In this document: piece after piece, positions 60,111 to 63,421 of the stretch
How the letters are laid out: each line of letters begins with the position of its first letter
Numbering within the stretch: the first letter of the stretch is position 1
NCBI GenBank assembly: GCA_024679065.1
Contig: JAGIQG010000040.1
Span: 8,928,001-8,991,421 of the forward strand
Length of the DNA: 63,421 nt
Source of the DNA: Sphyrna mokarran
Lineage: Eukaryota
Direction: 5' to 3'
The notes under the pieces: model-generated
What the model was told of the DNA's origin: nothing
The model's database searches: none
The model's input: only the letters and a program-made list of their open reading frames with translations
Program-made: the position numbers and the translations under genes

Positions 60111-63100
60111 TAAATACTCCATCAATGTTGAAAGGGAGACAGTGGCATAGTGGTAATATCTCTGCGAGAGTAATTCCGAGGGTCGTCAAATTTCTCAAGA
60201 TAAATATTCAAATCCAACTACAACAGGTTTTAAAATGCAATTACAGCATTCTGTTGCTGTGATGCAGTTACAATTTTGAATTTAAAGGTCGTTTCTGTAA
60301 TTGAGACCATGACCAGAAATGTATCAGATTCTCTCATGCCCTGCAGAAAAGGAAACCTTCCAACATTCCCCACTTTAGCCCAGAAGTAACTCTAGGGGTA
60401 CACGCGCTTGGCGATTATGTGCCTTCTATTATGGTCTAGAAAACCAGTAAATTCGGTGTATTACGGATTGCCAATATATGCCGGCCTTTACCAGCTGAGG
60501 CATCTCATAAAAGAATAAGAAGCAGCAACTGAAATCAGCATTTCGCAACACCTGCAATAGCAAAACTAGTCCAGGAGATGGCAGTAAAACAGTGTTTCTT
60601 TTAAGCACGATGCGATCCAGATGATCATCTCGGTCATTTCTATAATAGACTCAGTCTTTGTCCATCCTAAACGTGACCCAGTTTATATGACAGAAAATCA
60701 TATTTCAGATTATTTGACATTAATTCTTAGTTGATTCTGTACTCAGCAAAACCCCAGTTGTTATATACTGCACCAAGCTTCATTTGACATTACACCGTTC
60801 AGTCTGGCGGTTATGACAGCAAGGAATTCATTCTCGTCTAATGACATGAAAGTCTTTATCTCCGCTGTTACTGCACTAGACCTTCTCTCTCCTGATAATG
60901 AACCAGGACATGTTACTGTTTGCATTACACGAGGCTCAAACTCAGTTATTAATTACTAAAACTGCCTGGTATAAAGAAACATTGACAATATCTCAATCAC
61001 AGCTGCACTAGTCCACCTCCCTTTTTATACCGAATAATAACATGCCTGTTATTATTATTCTATTTCATGATTTATTTATTGCTGCAATGTTCCCTGTCAA
61101 AGCACATATCAATCAAAATCTTGGTTTCGAATTACTGCATCGGCTTTGTCTCAGTTTATATTGCACAATGGCCAGAATCCGACAAAATTACACTGGGCCC
61201 GGTGACAGTTTTATTGCGCTAGATGCTTTCTCCTTTATTAATGCGCCAAACCATACCTCTGTTCATTTTACACACTATCCTTTCTCAATTATTGCTTTAC
61301 TCTGCGTTGCCTCGCTTTTTATTCCGCTGGGCTACATCTCTGATTACATCACACTAGATCATGTCCTTATTTTCTGAAAACGCTGAAATGCTGGAACCAG
61401 TTTCAGTTTAAATTAGAACGCACTTTGTCTCTGCATGTACTAAAAAGACCATGTCTTTTGTCAAAACTGAGTATGACATGTCTCTGTTTATGTGAGAAAA
61501 CACCATACTGTTTAGTAATATACTGCATACATTCTCTCAGTAATGACTGAACTGCATTCATATTAGTACAGGTGTATCGATATCTGATGCATTTGGCTCT
61601 CTCTCTGTATTAGTGCACACAACCCATTCCTCGTTTATCTTAGGATAGATAGTATTAGTTGGGTTGGCCTTGCAAAATCGTAAGTCATTTTTCCCTTAGA
61701 GTATGTGGATTAGCCATCGTAAATGCTTGGAGCTAACGGAGGTAAGGAGAGGGGAAGACCTGGGTGGGATGCAGACTAGGTGGCCTTTCTTCTGAACTGT
61801 AGTAATTCTATAGTTCTATGTCTAAGAAATATCAAAGACATTTGTGTGCTTATTTATTTTAACTATTCTACTTTCTTATAACCTCCTTTGGAGAAATGAT
61901 CTCTTTTAGCAATTCCCCTTCAGTTTTCTAGTGATAATCTTCAGTCCATCCCTGCCTTCCACGAATGCATGAAAACACCAAATAGTAAATTTGTTTCAAA
62001 AGAAGAGCATTTAGCATATAAATATCAATTGACAACCATTCTGTTGTATGCTCTCGCGTACAAAATGATTTCAGCCTCACTATTTTGTTCCCGGTGTTGT
62101 CTTATTTGTGTTTAGAGATCTGTTGGAAAATGAATAAATCACATCTCCAATGACGAGGAGATTACGGAAATTGATCTTCTCAGTGTCTCACTAAAGTTCC
62201 TGATGTAGGACTCAATTGTGTGCTGGTTTGTGAACATGATGGCGAAAATGACCCTGCATATATTGCCGACAGGAGATAGTTACACCTGTAATTCTCAAAC
62301 TTCTTGTATCTATTGATGCAAAGGATTGTAACATCTGCCATTCTCCAGAAAAGGAGCAGCATTCCTCTTTAACCATTATGTTCACCATTTCCATGGTAGC
62401 CATCGTAAGTATTTTCTACGGTGTATGGGTTGTACAATCTCGGTAATACGATGAGTCATGATCAGGTGTATCATAAGGATGGCCAGACCTTATGTGATAT
62501 AAACAGTGATATTGCCTGGTGGGCATGGACTGCAGCGATTCAAGATAGCAGCTCATCACCACATTGTCAGGGGCAATTAGAGAAGGGCAATATATGTCAC
62601 TGCTGCCCATATCCTATAAATGATTAATAATTATGCAGTAACGACAGAGACAGAATCTAATCTAATGTAGACAGATGTGCCAGTGCAATAAACATAAACT
62701 GGCTGGGAGAGTCATGTCAAGCAATGTGTGAAATCCCTAGAGTAAGAGAGACTGTGATGTATTTAAATAAACAGTTTTTGCGCGTGTGATAATTCTAGAA
62801 AAACGTACTTCATCCAATAATAACCGGCAAGTGTCAAGTCAAGCAAAATTATAAACAGATTCTTATTCACAACAGTTTGGGTAACGGTTTACAAAACTAA
62901 TCATAGAGGGTTGGAATATTATAATTTGAATGATTGGTTCCAGTGTATCACTGACAGAGACAGCTGGGCCTGGAATGAGACTGGGACCTGATATAAAGAC
63001 CATTCCTGGGGTCTTGACGCAGGTTTCTTTGTCATGACGAGTGATACAGGGATTTGTGTGCCAAACACCGTCTGGAAATCCTATGACAATCGCAGGAGTG

Positions 63101-63421
63101 ACTGACTCCACCAGACTAAGAGCAGTTAGTCCCAAGGAGTGGGGCGGTTGGAGGAAGGGAGGGGGGTGTCAATCATGGTGGACTCCATAAAGTTTTGTTA
63201 TCTGAGACAACAAAAGTGAATCTATCAGAGGAACAGAAAACAATCTGCTCCTTCTCATTCTTGCAGGCAGTTCCACATTCATAGACAGAATTAGGACCTA
63301 ATGTGAGACACATCATCCGATGAAAAAAAGACAGTGCAACAAGTGTTAAGGGCACTTTCCTAGGCAACTTCGATCCAATGCTCATTTGTTCAAAGTGATG
63401 GCTTGTAAATAGAATTGAATT

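Larger units (their letters stand above)
52009..63421. repeat. right arm of large inverted segmental duplication (runs off the window)
   Basis: Reverse complement of 32147-41410, with extra segments at ~56013-56812 and ~61675-63046. Confidence 0.97.

Noticed and set aside
32147-63421. Inverted repeat as an assembly artefact or giant DNA-transposon TIRs
   Set aside because: The arms differ by many substitutions and kb-scale indels, contain host genes, and no transposase is present in the spacer.

Overview
Repeat-rich, AT-rich eukaryotic DNA from a cartilaginous fish (shark-type Ig cluster, V-SINE/HE1-like SINEs, CR1 LINEs). (1) 7.6-9.5 kb, minus strand: an unrearranged IgM-type heavy-chain minilocus, leader-V-D1-D2-J, with the canonical 23 / 12-D1-22 / 12-D2-12 / 23 RSS layout. 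No constant exon is visible in 1-7625, so C-mu presumably lies off the left edge. A decayed second VH lies about 7 kb upstream (16.5-16.7 kb) and shares a ~650-bp upstream block with the intact V. (2) About 32.1 kb to the window end: a large inverted duplication (left arm ~32147-41410, right arm ~52009-63421, continuing off-window). Each arm carries a two-exon GPR139-like class A GPCR, intact on the right and triply inactivated on the left, plus a tRNA-Gln. (3) The ~10.6-kb spacer is a tRNA cluster with internal direct duplications: Arg-ACG, an intron-containing Pro-AGG, Phe pseudogenes, Val-AAC/CAC, Thr-TGT, Gln-CTG and an Asn body with ATT anticodon, including anticodon switches between paralogues. 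The remainder is CR1/L2-type LINE fragments, SINEs, Penelope-like fold-back elements and micro/minisatellites, which explain most short ORFs in the track. All calls were made by eye without database searches, and repeat boundaries are approximate.
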